NCBI GenBank assembly: GCA_041287635.1
Contig: JBGGNG010000149.1
Location: 3,424 to 67,423, forward strand
DNA from: Actinomycetota bacterium
Lineage (GTDB): Bacteria > Actinomycetota > UBA4738 > HRBIN12
Direction: 5' to 3'
DNA length: 64,000 nt
The translations under genes were made by a program, and so were the position numbers. Under the pieces are notes generated by a model. The model had not been told where the DNA came from. It saw only the letters and a program-made list of their open reading frames with translations, and made no database searches. This document shows, one piece after another, positions 18,073 through 27,599 of this stretch; within the stretch, counting starts at the first letter, position 1, and every line of letters begins with the position of its first letter.

Positions 18073-18768
18073 GTGGATCAGCAGACCGTGCTCGTCGTCG
18101 ACGACGAGGAAGCCATCGCCGAGGCCGTCCGCGCCCGCCTGGAATCCGAGGGGTATCGGGTGCTCGTCGCCCTCGACGGGCCCGACGCGATCGAGCAGCA
18201 CGCCGAGCATCACCCCGACCTCGTCGTGCTCGACCTGATGCTCCCCGGCATGGACGGGCTCGAGGTCTGCAAGCAGATCCAGCGCGAGGGCTGGACCCCC
18301 GTGCTGATGCTGACCGCCAAGACCGAGGAAGCAGACAAGGTCGCCGGGTTCGCCGTCGGGGCCGACGACTACCTCACGAAGCCGTTCAGCCTGCGGGAGC
18401 TCGCCGCGCGGGTGAAGGCGATCCTGCGGCGCATGGAGCGCATGAGCGAGCAGAAGGACACGGGGCCGATCGAGCACCACGGGCTCGTGATGGACCCGAA
18501 CAGGCGCCGGGTCACGGTCGACGGTGACGACGTCGGGCTCACCCCCCTCGAGTTCGAGATCCTCCTCACCCTCGCCCGTGACCCCGGCGTCGTCCTCAGT
18601 CGCGACCAGCTGATGGACCGTGTCTGGGGCTATCGCGACTTCGCGGGTGGCCGCGTGGTGGACTCCCACGTCGCCCGTATCCGCCGAAAGCTCGGCGAGG
18701 ACGGCAACGAACCGCGGTTCATCCGCACCGTGCACGGCGTGGGGTACGCGTTCCAGGAACGGTCGTGA
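18073..18768 (+). CDS. OmpR-family response regulator
   Basis: Receiver VLVVDDE ... DLVVLDLMLPGMDG ... TAK, and a winged-helix C-terminus (TVHGVGY). Confidence 0.9.
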   Translation: MDQQTVLVVDDEEAIAEAVRARLESEGYRVLVALDGPDAIEQHAEHHPDLVVLDLMLPGMDGLEVCKQIQREGWTPVLMLTAKTEEADKVAGFAVGADDYLTKPFSLRELAARVKAILRRMERMSEQKDTGPIEHHGLVMDPNRRRVTVDGDDVGLTPLEFEILLTLARDPGVVLSRDQLMDRVWGYRDFAGGRVVDSHVARIRRKLGEDGNEPRFIRTVHGVGYAFQERS

Positions 18769-20141
18769 GCTCCCGGCGGTTCGAGCGCCTGCCCACGATC
18801 CGGGGCAAGCTCAGCACCACGATCGTCGTCGCCGTCGCGATCGCGATCGCGATCTCGTACGCGGTGATCGGTTTCTGGCTCCGCAACTCACCACGCGACT
18901 CTGAGGCCATCGACGCGCTCACGCTTGCCCGCCGCATCGCGACCGGTGAGATCGCTGAACCACCGGCAGACACGATGGTGGTGCGGCGCAGCGCCACCGG
19001 CGAGATCACGGTCGAGGGCGTCAACCTCGGTGATCTCCCGCCCGATACCCCCGGCCGGGTGCCGCGCTGGGACGTCAAGGGCAGCAACGTCTGGGCGTCG
19101 ATCCCGACCGACGACGGCGGCAGCCTGATCGTGATGTACCCCTCGCCCACACGAGGGGGGGCGCTGGGCCGTATCTCGTCCACGCTCGGATTCCTGCAGA
19201 GCGTGTGGCGAGGGTTCTTGTTGGCGGGAGCGATCGCAGCAGTGATCGCGTTGGGACTGGCTCGGTGGTTCGCGCGTGGCATGACGCAGCCGCTTCGCGA
19301 CATGGCCGAGGCGGCGCGCCGCATGGAGACCGGCGACTACTCGACCCGCGTCCACACGAACTCGCGGGATGAGGTCGGACAGCTCGCGGTCGCCTTCAAC
19401 CGCATGAGCGCGGAGCTCGAGCTCCTTGAGACGTCGCGTCGCGACCTCGTGGCCAACGTCTCCCACGAGCTCAAGACGCCGATCACCGCGATCCGGGCGC
19501 ACCTGGAGAACCTGCTCGATGGCGTCGAGGAGCCGAACGCCGAGACGCTCGAGGTGATGCTGGCGCAGTCCGAGCGCCTCGGCCGCCTCGTGGAGCAACT
19601 GCTCGATCTCTCGAAGCTGGAGTCAGGCGAGGTGCCCCTGCGCCGCGAAGAGGTCTCGTTGGGCCCGCTGGTGACGCAGGTGATGTCGGAGATCGAGGTG
19701 GCCAGCGCCGATCGCGACGTCGACGTTCGCAGCGACCTGCCCGACGATCTTCCGCCGATCGAGGCCGATCCCGAGCGCGTGCATCAGGTGATCTTCAACC
19801 TCGTCGACAACGCCGTGAGGTTCACCCCCGAGGGCGGCGAGGTGCGCATCGAGGCGCACCGGCACAACGGATCGGTCGAGGTGAGCGTGGCCGACACCGG
19901 GATGGGCATCCCGCCCGAGGCACTGCCGCGGCTCTTCGAGCGCTTCTACCGCGTCGACCCCGCGCGAGCTCGCGAAGGCGGCGGCACCGGCATCGGGCTC
20001 GCGATCGCGCGATCCGTCGTGGAGGCACACGGCGGCACGATCCGAGCCGAGAGCCAGCCGGGCCACGGCAGCACCTTCACCTTCGATCTGCCGGTCGCTC
20101 GTCCGGCGGCGCCCGCTGGCACGAACAGGAGGGATCCGTGA
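18765..20141 (+). CDS. Sensor histidine kinase (2 TM + HAMP + HisKA + HATPase)
   Basis: GTGA overlap with the regulator. H-box SHELKTPIT, N-box DNAVRFTP, G-boxes DTGMGI and GTGIGLAI. An extracytoplasmic loop of about 130 aa lies between the two TM helices. Confidence 0.9.
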   Translation: MSSRRFERLPTIRGKLSTTIVVAVAIAIAISYAVIGFWLRNSPRDSEAIDALTLARRIATGEIAEPPADTMVVRRSATGEITVEGVNLGDLPPDTPGRVPRWDVKGSNVWASIPTDDGGSLIVMYPSPTRGGALGRISSTLGFLQSVWRGFLLAGAIAAVIALGLARWFARGMTQPLRDMAEAARRMETGDYSTRVHTNSRDEVGQLAVAFNRMSAELELLETSRRDLVANVSHELKTPITAIRAHLENLLDGVEEPNAETLEVMLAQSERLGRLVEQLLDLSKLESGEVPLRREEVSLGPLVTQVMSEIEVASADRDVDVRSDLPDDLPPIEADPERVHQVIFNLVDNAVRFTPEGGEVRIEAHRHNGSVEVSVADTGMGIPPEALPRLFERFYRVDPARAREGGGTGIGLAIARSVVEAHGGTIRAESQPGHGSTFTFDLPVARPAAPAGTNRRDP

Positions 20142-20587
20142 AGTCCGTCACCACCACCGTCACGATCTCCGCCCCCGAGCGGTACGCGTTCCTCGACCTC
20201 ACCGACGACCTGCGCCGAGCGGTCAAGGACTCCGGGGTGACCGAGGGCGCAGCGATCGTTTTCTGTGCACACACGACGTGTGCCCTGCTGATCAACGAAT
20301 GGGAGGACGGGGCGATGGCCGACTTCCGCCGCCACCTCACCGACCTCGTACCGCATGAGGGCATCTACTACCAGCACGACGACTTCGAGGTCCGCACGCA
20401 GAACATGAACCCCGACGAGCGCGAGAACGGGCATGCGCACGTGAAGGCGATGCTGCTCTCCGCGACCTCGCACGCGATCCCCGTGGTCGCCGGCGAGCCC
20501 GCCTTCGGCACGTGGCAGCGTCTGATCCTCTTCGAGATGGACGAGCCCAAGGACCGAACGATCACGTTCCAGGTGTTCGGCGGCTGA
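20138..20587 (+). CDS. YjbQ/UPF0047 family protein (secondary thiamine-phosphate synthase-like)
   Basis: 149 aa. [13 protein letters not shown] and [10 protein letters not shown] are typical of the YjbQ family. GTGA overlap with the kinase stop. Confidence 0.8.
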   Translation: MKSVTTTVTISAPERYAFLDLTDDLRRAVKDSGVTEGAAIVFCAHTTCALLINEWEDGAMADFRRHLTDLVPHEGIYYQHDDFEVRTQNMNPDERENGHAHVKAMLLSATSHAIPVVAGEPAFGTWQRLILFEMDEPKDRTITFQVFGG

Positions 20588-20628
20588 TCGCGGCCGGCGC
20601 AACGCAGGAGCCTGGGAGACTGACGGAC

Positions 20629-21741
20629 GTGGGCATCGAGCGCAGGAAGAGCCGGCAGATCGACCTCGGCGGCGTCGCGATCGGCGGCGACGCGCCCGTG
20701 TCGATCCAGTCGATGACCACGACGAAGACCGCCGACATCAACGCCACGCTGCAGCAGATCGCCTCGCTCGTCGCGGCGGGCGTCGACATCGTGCGCGTCG
20801 CGGTGCCGCACTGGGAGGACGCGGAGGCGCTCGTCGCGATCGCGGCGAAGTCCACCGTGCCGGTGGTCGCCGACATCCACTTCCAGTGGAAGTACGCGAT
20901 GGCCGCGCTGGAAGCCGGCATCCAGGGTCTACGCATCAACCCGGGGAACATCAAGTACCAAGACAAGGTGCGGCTGATCGCGCGCGAGGCCAAGGACCGA
21001 GGCGTGCCGATCCGCATCGGGGTGAACGCCGGATCGCTCGAGCCAGAGCTGCTCGCGAAGTACGGGAAGCCCACTCCCGACGCGTTGGTCGAGAGCGCGC
21101 TGAACGAGGCGCGCATCCTCGAGGACGAGGACTTCCTCGACATCAAGATCAGCGTGAAGCACTCGAACCCCCTCGTGATGATCGAGAGCTACCGGCAGCT
21201 CGCCGAGGCGTGCGACTACCCCTTGCATCTCGGCGTGACCGAGGCGGGTCCGATGCCGCTCGGCGGCGTGAAGAGCGCGGTCGGCATCGGCGCGCTGCTC
21301 GCCGAGGGCATCGGCGACACGATCCGGGTCTCGCTCACCGACGATCCGGTGGACGAGGTCAAGGTCGGGACGTCGATCCTGCGGTCGCTGGGGCTCCGCA
21401 CGCGCGGGCTGGACCTGGTCGCGTGCCCCTCGTGCGGTCGGGCCGAGGTCAACGTGCTCGAGCTGACGCAGAAGGTGAACGCCGCGATCGAGAACGAGAG
21501 GTTCACCGTGCCGATGCGCGTCGCTGTGATGGGGTGCGTCGTGAACGGACCGGGAGAGGCCCGCGAGGCCGATGTCGGTATCGCGAGCGGCAACGGCCTC
21601 GGATTCATCATCCGCCAGGGTGAGGTCGTGTCCAAGGTGCCTGAGGACGAGCTCGTCGACGCGCTGCTCGCCGAGGCGCGTTCGGTCGCCGCCGAGAAGA
21701 TCGCAGCCGGCGAGAACCCGAACGATCCTGCGTCAGGATAA
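20629..21741 (+). CDS. ispG: 4-hydroxy-3-methylbut-2-enyl diphosphate synthase
   Basis: [23 protein letters not shown]... is the canonical IspG start. In-frame GTG at 20629. C-terminal CPSCGR Fe-S motif. Confidence 0.9.
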   Translation: MGIERRKSRQIDLGGVAIGGDAPVSIQSMTTTKTADINATLQQIASLVAAGVDIVRVAVPHWEDAEALVAIAAKSTVPVVADIHFQWKYAMAALEAGIQGLRINPGNIKYQDKVRLIAREAKDRGVPIRIGVNAGSLEPELLAKYGKPTPDALVESALNEARILEDEDFLDIKISVKHSNPLVMIESYRQLAEACDYPLHLGVTEAGPMPLGGVKSAVGIGALLAEGIGDTIRVSLTDDPVDEVKVGTSILRSLGLRTRGLDLVACPSCGRAEVNVLELTQKVNAAIENERFTVPMRVAVMGCVVNGPGEAREADVGIASGNGLGFIIRQGEVVSKVPEDELVDALLAEARSVAAEKIAAGENPNDPASG

Positions 21742-21792
21742 GCGCGAGCTCCGGGCGCAATCCGGCCACCGTCCGCGGCCGATACACCCACC

Positions 21793-22782
21793 ATGAGGGC
21801 ATCCCGAGCGAGTGCGGCCGTCGTCGTCGCGAGCGCCGTCGTCGTCGCGATCGCCGCCGTCGTCGCGATCGTCGTGCCGTCGTCGGCGGGCCTGATCACT
21901 CGCGGGCCGGTTCCGGGGACCGCGTGCGAGGTCTTCCCTGCCGACAACGTGTGGCGACTCGAGGTCTCGGGCCTGCCGAAACATCCGAAGAGCGCGGTAT
22001 GGAAGCGCTCGAGCCACGCCAGCTCGACCGATCTGCATCCCGACTTCGGCCCGCCCGACTACGGGATCCCGTATGACGTGGTCGGTGCCGCGCACGACGA
22101 CGTGAGCGTCGACTTCCAGTACGAGGACGAGAGCGACGCCGGTCCCTACCCCTACGGTCCGGACACCACGGTCGAGGGCGGTTCGGACCGGCACGCGCTC
22201 ATGGTCGACGAGGACACCTGCACCCTCTACGAGCTCTTCAACGCTCGGTGGAGCGGTGGCGACCCGGCGGCCGGCAGCGGCGCGATCTTCGATCTCGGCT
22301 CGAACGCCCTGCGGCCGGCGGGGTGGACGAGCGCCGACGCGGCCGGGCTGCCGATCTTCCCGGGGCTCGTGCGATGGGACGAGGTGCAGGCCGGCGAGAT
22401 CGACCACGCGATCCGGTTCACGGTCGCGTGCACCACCCGGCGCTACGTGTGGCCGGCGCGGCACCAGGCCGGGGTGAGCGACCGCCGGTGTCCGCCGATG
22501 GGTGCTCGCTTCCGCTTGAAGCGTGGCTTCGACATCAGCGGGTTCGGCGAGAACGCGCAGGTCGTGCTGCTCGCGATGCAGCGCTTCGGCATGATCGTCG
22601 CCGACAACCGGAGCGACTGGTACTTCCAGGGCACGGTCGACGACGGGTGGACGAACGGCCTGCTCGATCAGCTGAAGCAGGTGCCTGGGGGCGCGTTCGT
22701 CGCCGTCGACGCGAGGGGATGCCGCGTGTCGAAAGACAGCGCGGCGTTCGCCTACGGCCCGGACTGCCCGGCCTCGAACTGA
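21793..22782 (+). CDS. Secreted conserved protein of unknown function
   Basis: Hydrophobic signal/anchor VVVASAVVVAIAAVVAIVV. Strong coding bias. Conserved-looking blocks DHAIRFTV, ARHQAG, MGARFRLK, FGMIVADN. No family name recalled. Confidence 0.6.
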   Translation: MRASRASAAVVVASAVVVAIAAVVAIVVPSSAGLITRGPVPGTACEVFPADNVWRLEVSGLPKHPKSAVWKRSSHASSTDLHPDFGPPDYGIPYDVVGAAHDDVSVDFQYEDESDAGPYPYGPDTTVEGGSDRHALMVDEDTCTLYELFNARWSGGDPAAGSGAIFDLGSNALRPAGWTSADAAGLPIFPGLVRWDEVQAGEIDHAIRFTVACTTRRYVWPARHQAGVSDRRCPPMGARFRLKRGFDISGFGENAQVVLLAMQRFGMIVADNRSDWYFQGTVDDGWTNGLLDQLKQVPGGAFVAVDARGCRVSKDSAAFAYGPDCPASN

Positions 22783-22797
22783 TCTCCGTCCTCGTCC

Positions 22798-23376
22798 TCA
22801 GCCGAGCGGCGCGGCCGGGTTGCGGCCCGACAGCGCGACCAGGCGGGTTGAGGGGTCGGCGTCCTCGGGCACCTCGACCGGCGGGGCGAGGATGCCCGCC
22901 TCGACCCATCCCGCCGCCTGCGGCGCGAACCAGGCGCACAGGTCGCGAGCGACGTCGTCGGGGATCGTGTGCTCGACCCCGATGCTCTGAGCCACGTCCC
23001 ATCCGTGGATCGAGGCGTCGAACAGCATCTGCGTCAGGTACTCGTCGGCGGTGAGCTCGCCGCCCGACGTATGCACCGGTGCGTCGAGGTTCGACGATCG
23101 CACGCCGTCGATGGCCGCCACCTTCGCGGATCCCCATGCCCCGATCGGGTCGTCGCCGAGCCGGTCACCCTCGTACCTGCTGCCGATCTCCGTGAGGGTC
23201 GCGCCCGCGACGAGGTCGGGCACCCACAGGGTCTCGTAGACGAGGTGATCCAGGAGCATCCGAAGGTCCCACTCGGTGCACGGGGTAGGGTCGCTCCACC
23301 GGCCGGATGTGATCCTTCGCACGTGTCGGTCCACCTCGTCGAGCGCCCCCAGATACCGGGCTGCCACGTCCTGCAT
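22798..23376 (-). CDS. DinB-like / maleylpyruvate-isomerase N-terminal (TIGR03086-like) protein
   Basis: PCTEWDLRMLLDHLV ... ASIHGWDVAQS is typical of the mycothiol-dependent DinB-fold family. Start ATG 23376 (alternative 23412). Confidence 0.7.
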   Translation of the reverse strand: MQDVAARYLGALDEVDRHVRRITSGRWSDPTPCTEWDLRMLLDHLVYETLWVPDLVAGATLTEIGSRYEGDRLGDDPIGAWGSAKVAAIDGVRSSNLDAPVHTSGGELTADEYLTQMLFDASIHGWDVAQSIGVEHTIPDDVARDLCAWFAPQAAGWVEAGILAPPVEVPEDADPSTRLVALSGRNPAAPLG

Positions 23377-23433
23377 CCCACTCCTCCCGTCCGGTTCCGC
23401 GGACGCTACCACCGTGCCCTCGCAGAGCGCGGC

Positions 23434-24000
23434 TCAGCCGGTGAGCGCGAGGAAGTTCCGCACGATCGTCGGACCCTCGGGTGTCAGGATGCTCTCGGGA
23501 TGGAACTGCACCCCGTACCTCGGCAGCTCGCGATGCTGGGTGCCCATCACGAGACCGTCCTCGGTCCAGGCCGTGAGGCGCAGCTCCTCGGGCAGGTGAT
23601 CGCGTTCCACGACCAGGGAGTGGTAGCGCCCGGCCTCGAAGGGGTCGTGCACGCCTCCGAAGATGCCGCTGCCGACGTGTCGCACCGACGAGGCCTTGCC
23701 GTGGACGGGCTCGGTGCGGTCGACCGAGCCGCCGTACTCGATGCCGATCGCCTGGTGCCCGAGGCACACGCCGAGCACGGGGACGGTGTCCGGCAAGACC
23801 TCGAGCAGGTCGGTGAAGCATCCCGCCGACTCGGGGCGTCCCGGGCCCGGCGAGAGGATCACCCCCGCGGGGGCACGTGCGACCAATGCCTCGGCAGACT
23901 CGGCATCGCTCTTCACGACCTCCGTCTCGTGCCCGAGGCTCTCGATCAGCTGCACGAGGTTGTAGGTGAACGAGTCGTAGTGGTCGACGACCAGGATCAT
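23434..24000 (-). CDS. trpG: Anthranilate synthase component II (glutamine amidotransferase)
   Basis: 188 aa. ILVVDHYDSFTYNLV, GVCLGHQ catalytic Cys, QFHPES. ATGA overlap with trpE. Confidence 0.85.
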   Translation of the reverse strand: MILVVDHYDSFTYNLVQLIESLGHETEVVKSDAESAEALVARAPAGVILSPGPGRPESAGCFTDLLEVLPDTVPVLGVCLGHQAIGIEYGGSVDRTEPVHGKASSVRHVGSGIFGGVHDPFEAGRYHSLVVERDHLPEELRLTAWTEDGLVMGTQHRELPRYGVQFHPESILTPEGPTIVRNFLALTG

Positions 24001-25508
24001 CGGAGCGCCTCCTCGGTCGTACCTCGAGCGGCGCGAGGCGCCACCGCGGGCAGCAGGGCCGACGCCTTGGCCTTCGTCTCGTCGAGCTCGGTCTGCGGAT
24101 CGGAATCGGCGACGACGCCGGCGCCCGACTGCAGATGCGCCTTCCCGTCCTTCACGACCGCGGTGCGGATCGTGATGCAGAAGTCGAGGTCACCCTGGAA
24201 CGTGCAGTAGCCCACGGCGCCGCCGTACGGCCCACGTGCATCGGGCTCGTGCGAGGCGATCAGTTCCATCGCGCGGCGCTTCGGCGCGCCGCTCAGGGTT
24301 CCGGCCGGGAACGTGACCGACAGGGCATCGAACGGGTGCATGTCGTCTCGCAGGTCGCCCTCCACCGTCGAGACGATGTGCATCACCTTCGTGAACCGCT
24401 CGACCTCCATGAGCTGGGTCGGGACGACGCTGCCGGCCGTGCACACCCGGCCGAGGTCGTTGCGGGCGAGGTCCACGAGCATCGCGTGCTCGGCCCGCTC
24501 CTTCGGGTCGGCGAGCAGCTCCAGTTCGAGCTCGTGGTCGCGGACCTCGGTCTCGCCCCGCGGACGAGTGCCCGCGATCGGGCGGGTCGAGACCCGGCCC
24601 TGCTCGACGCGGACCAACGGTTCCGGTGACGAACCCGCGAGCTCGATGCCCATCATCCTCACGAAGAACATGTAGGGCGCCGGGTTCGCGACCCGCAGGC
24701 GTCGATAGATCGCGGAGCCGCCGTCGGGCGCCGGGAACGTGACCCGGCGAGAGGCCACCCCCTGGAAGATGTCGCCGGCCAGGATGTGCTCCTGGAACGA
24801 GGCGACGATCTCGCGGTACCGCTCGTCGGACATGTTGGGTTCGCCGACGACGTCGGACGCGCCCTCCGGCATCGGCGCCAGCTCGGGCGGCGTCGCGTGC
24901 TGGATGCGACCCGCCAACTCGTGCACGGCCGCGACCCCCTCGTCGTAGCGACCGGCCGGCACGTGTGCGACGAGCATGAGGCGCTGCTTCCAGTGGTCGA
25001 ACACGACGGCCCGATCGACGACGAGCAGGGCGATCGGCGGCACCGGAGCCGACGATGGATCGGGGACGGGGTGGCCGTCGAGCAGCGTCGCGGCTTCGAA
25101 CGCCACGTACCCCATCAGTCCCCCGGTCAGGGCCGGAAGATCGGGCAGCCGGGGGGCTCCCAGCGACCTCGCGATCTCGATCAGCGCCTGTCGGGGCGGC
25201 CCGGCCGCCGAGGCGATCGGAAGCTCGCGGCTCACGTCGACGATCCGCAGCCCCTCGTGATCCCCCACGACTGTGGCGGCCGGGTCGCCGGCCACGAACG
25301 AGTACCGGCCCCATCGCTCGGAGCGTTCCACCGACTCGAGCAGCAGGCCCGGGCCGACGCCGGCGAGCCCCGGGAACAGCCCCACCGGGGTGGAGACATC
25401 GGAGAGCAGCTCGGCCCAGACCGGCACGAGCGGCCAGTCGGCCGCCAGGGAGTCGAACGTCGCGCGGTCGGGTTGGATCTGCAGTTCCACGGTGCGGCGC
25501 CTCCTCAT
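23997..25508 (-). CDS. trpE: Anthranilate synthase component I
   Basis: Chorismate-binding core GAPKRRAMELI, GPYGGAVGY, IRTAV. Start placed at ATG 25508, right after a terminator-like hairpin. Alternatives are 25550 and 25628. Confidence 0.8.
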   Translation of the reverse strand: MRRRRTVELQIQPDRATFDSLAADWPLVPVWAELLSDVSTPVGLFPGLAGVGPGLLLESVERSERWGRYSFVAGDPAATVVGDHEGLRIVDVSRELPIASAAGPPRQALIEIARSLGAPRLPDLPALTGGLMGYVAFEAATLLDGHPVPDPSSAPVPPIALLVVDRAVVFDHWKQRLMLVAHVPAGRYDEGVAAVHELAGRIQHATPPELAPMPEGASDVVGEPNMSDERYREIVASFQEHILAGDIFQGVASRRVTFPAPDGGSAIYRRLRVANPAPYMFFVRMMGIELAGSSPEPLVRVEQGRVSTRPIAGTRPRGETEVRDHELELELLADPKERAEHAMLVDLARNDLGRVCTAGSVVPTQLMEVERFTKVMHIVSTVEGDLRDDMHPFDALSVTFPAGTLSGAPKRRAMELIASHEPDARGPYGGAVGYCTFQGDLDFCITIRTAVVKDGKAHLQSGAGVVADSDPQTELDETKAKASALLPAVAPRAARGTTEEALR

Positions 25509-25638
25509 GAGAACGAACGACCCCGGGGGTCGCCCGGGGTTCGCGGTCATCGATGTGGAGCGGTGATCGTCAGACGAGCGCGAGCGCCGGGTCGAGAGCG
25601 TCCCGGCGCCAGGACCAACGGATCGCACGCGTCGACAT
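25509..25638 (-). promoter_or_regulatory. Candidate trp leader peptide (22 codons, W-S-W) plus attenuator hairpins
   Basis: Minus-strand ORF ATG 25638 to TGA 25570 encodes MSTRAIRWSWRRDALDPALALV. Perfect 8-bp hairpin 25609-25602/25591-25584. Second perfect 8-bp hairpin 25540-25533/25527-25520 is followed by CGUUCGUUCUC and then the trpE ATG. Confidence 0.4.
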
Positions 25639-25800
25639 GCGGCGATTGTGACCGCACGGCCACTGGTCCGTCAACGAGGTGTCGGTCGGCGGTGCTCACC
25701 AGAATCACCCGGTCGGCTGACGAGCGTCCGGGGCAACGGCGGCTATCCTGTGCCGGCAGCGGTGCCATCGCCTGGATGGCCGCGAACGTGGAGGGGCTCA

Positions 25801-27579
25801 GTGAAGAAGATGTGGGTTCGGGCCGTCGCGACCGCGACGGCGTTGGGTCTCGTCGCCGGGGCCGTCGCCCTCGCCGCGACCGGCACCACGACGGCGCCAA
25901 ACAGGCCCGTGCGTGCGCTCGGTGCGAACGGTGACGGCGACGTCGGGCTCGCGGAAGGCGAAGGCGGCGCGAAGGTCTCGCCGGTCTCGGGGAAGGTCGC
26001 AACGCCGCACCGCACGGCCTCGCTTGCGGCTCTCCCTCAACGCCCGCCGACCAGGGTGCCGTGGGTGAAGAAGGAGCTGCGGCTCGAGGGTGACGAGGAG
26101 GGCGCCGAGAGCGAGGAGGCTCGCCCCGTGCTCGGGTCGTCGACGTCCCTGGACCAGGCCGACGAGGCGCTGCAGGCCGATCGCGGGACGGAACCGATGC
26201 CCGTGCCCGACCTCGAGGTCGCCGGCCTCGGCGCAGCGGCGAACCCGTTCACGCTCGTGCCGCCTGATACGAACGGCGACGTGGGCGGCGGCTACTACCT
26301 GCAGATGGTCAACGTCGCGTTCGCGATCTACGACGCCGGCACGGGCGCCAAGGTCGACGGGCCGATCTTCATGTCGTCGCTCTTCGACCAGGGCTCCCAG
26401 AAACTCTGCGCCACGCACGACGACGGCGACCCGATCGTCGTCTACGACGAGTACGCGGACGTCTGGGTGATCTCGCAGTTCGCCCTAAACCTCAACAAGC
26501 CGAAGTTCGCGGAGTGCATCGCTGTCTCCGACACCAGCGATCCGACAGGAGCGTGGTTCGCCTACCAGTTCGACTACCCGAACGAGAACGTGCTGAACGA
26601 CTACCCCAAGTTCGGGGTGTGGCCGGCCGCCAACAACTCGGCGTACTTCGCCTCGTACAACCAGTTCCGCTGCAGCTCGAGCGTGTGCGACTTCGCCTGG
26701 CGTGGTGCCGGGGCCGTTGCGTACGAGCGTGATGCGATGATCGCCGGCGTTCCGGCCGGGCAGGTCTACGTGAACCTCTACGGGACCGACCCGAACCTCG
26801 GCGGCCAGCTGCCGACCGACGCCGACGGCCCGTCGACGCCGGGGGCCAACCAGCCGAACGTCTTCATGCAGTTCGACGCCGACGAATGGGGTTACCCCGA
26901 GGACCAGCTCGAGCTCTTCGAGTTCACGGTCGACTGGGACACGGACACGGCGACGTTCGACGGTCCGACGCTCCTGCCGACGGCGAACTTCAACCCGTGG
27001 ATCTGCGGAACCAACAAGACCTACTGCGTGCCCCAGAAGGGCACGAAGACCAAGGTCGACGCGCTGAACGATCGCCTGATGTTCCGGCTGCAGTACCGGC
27101 GGTTCGGAGCGGCCGACGAGCGCATGGTCGTCACCCACACGGTCCGGGCTTCCAAAGGCCAGGCCGGCCTGCGCTGGTACGAGCTGATGGACGACGGCAC
27201 CGGCTGGGCGATCCAGAACCAGGGCACCTACTCGCCCGACGACACGAAGAGCCGGTGGATGGGCAGCGTCGCGATGGACGAGGCGGGCAACATCGCCGCC
27301 GGGTACTCCCTGTCGAGCGGGAAGATCTTCCCGTCGATCGCGATCGCCGGCCGAACCGCGGGCGCCGCGGCGAACACGTTCGACCTCACCGAACGGAAGG
27401 TGTTCACGGGCCTAGGGTCCGAGGACGGCCGGTACGGGCGCTGGGGTGACTACTCCGACATGACGGTGGCCGAGGACGGCTGCACCTTCTACTACACGCA
27501 GCAGTACTACAAGAAGACCGGTCAGTGGAAGTGGGCGACCCGCATCGTCAGCTTCCAGCTGCCGGGGTGCGCCGTCTGA
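25801..27579 (+). CDS. Secreted protein of unknown function, possibly sialidase/BNR-like beta-propeller
   Basis: GGAGGGG RBS, then GTG 25801. Signal peptide VKKMWVRAVATATALGLVAGAVALAA. GRWGDYS-type motif near the C-terminus. Several Cys pairs. Confidence 0.6.
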   Translation: MKKMWVRAVATATALGLVAGAVALAATGTTTAPNRPVRALGANGDGDVGLAEGEGGAKVSPVSGKVATPHRTASLAALPQRPPTRVPWVKKELRLEGDEEGAESEEARPVLGSSTSLDQADEALQADRGTEPMPVPDLEVAGLGAAANPFTLVPPDTNGDVGGGYYLQMVNVAFAIYDAGTGAKVDGPIFMSSLFDQGSQKLCATHDDGDPIVVYDEYADVWVISQFALNLNKPKFAECIAVSDTSDPTGAWFAYQFDYPNENVLNDYPKFGVWPAANNSAYFASYNQFRCSSSVCDFAWRGAGAVAYERDAMIAGVPAGQVYVNLYGTDPNLGGQLPTDADGPSTPGANQPNVFMQFDADEWGYPEDQLELFEFTVDWDTDTATFDGPTLLPTANFNPWICGTNKTYCVPQKGTKTKVDALNDRLMFRLQYRRFGAADERMVVTHTVRASKGQAGLRWYELMDDGTGWAIQNQGTYSPDDTKSRWMGSVAMDEAGNIAAGYSLSSGKIFPSIAIAGRTAGAAANTFDLTERKVFTGLGSEDGRYGRWGDYSDMTVAEDGCTFYYTQQYYKKTGQWKWATRIVSFQLPGCAV

Positions 27580-27599
27580 GGCGCGGCACCGACTCGAGC

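Noticed and set aside
23434-25508. Interpreting the pair as PabA/PabB (aminodeoxychorismate synthase) instead of TrpG/TrpE
   Set aside because: This cannot be excluded from sequence motifs alone. However, the upstream Trp-codon mini-ORF with terminator-like hairpins favours trpE. The call is kept as trpE/trpG with reduced confidence.
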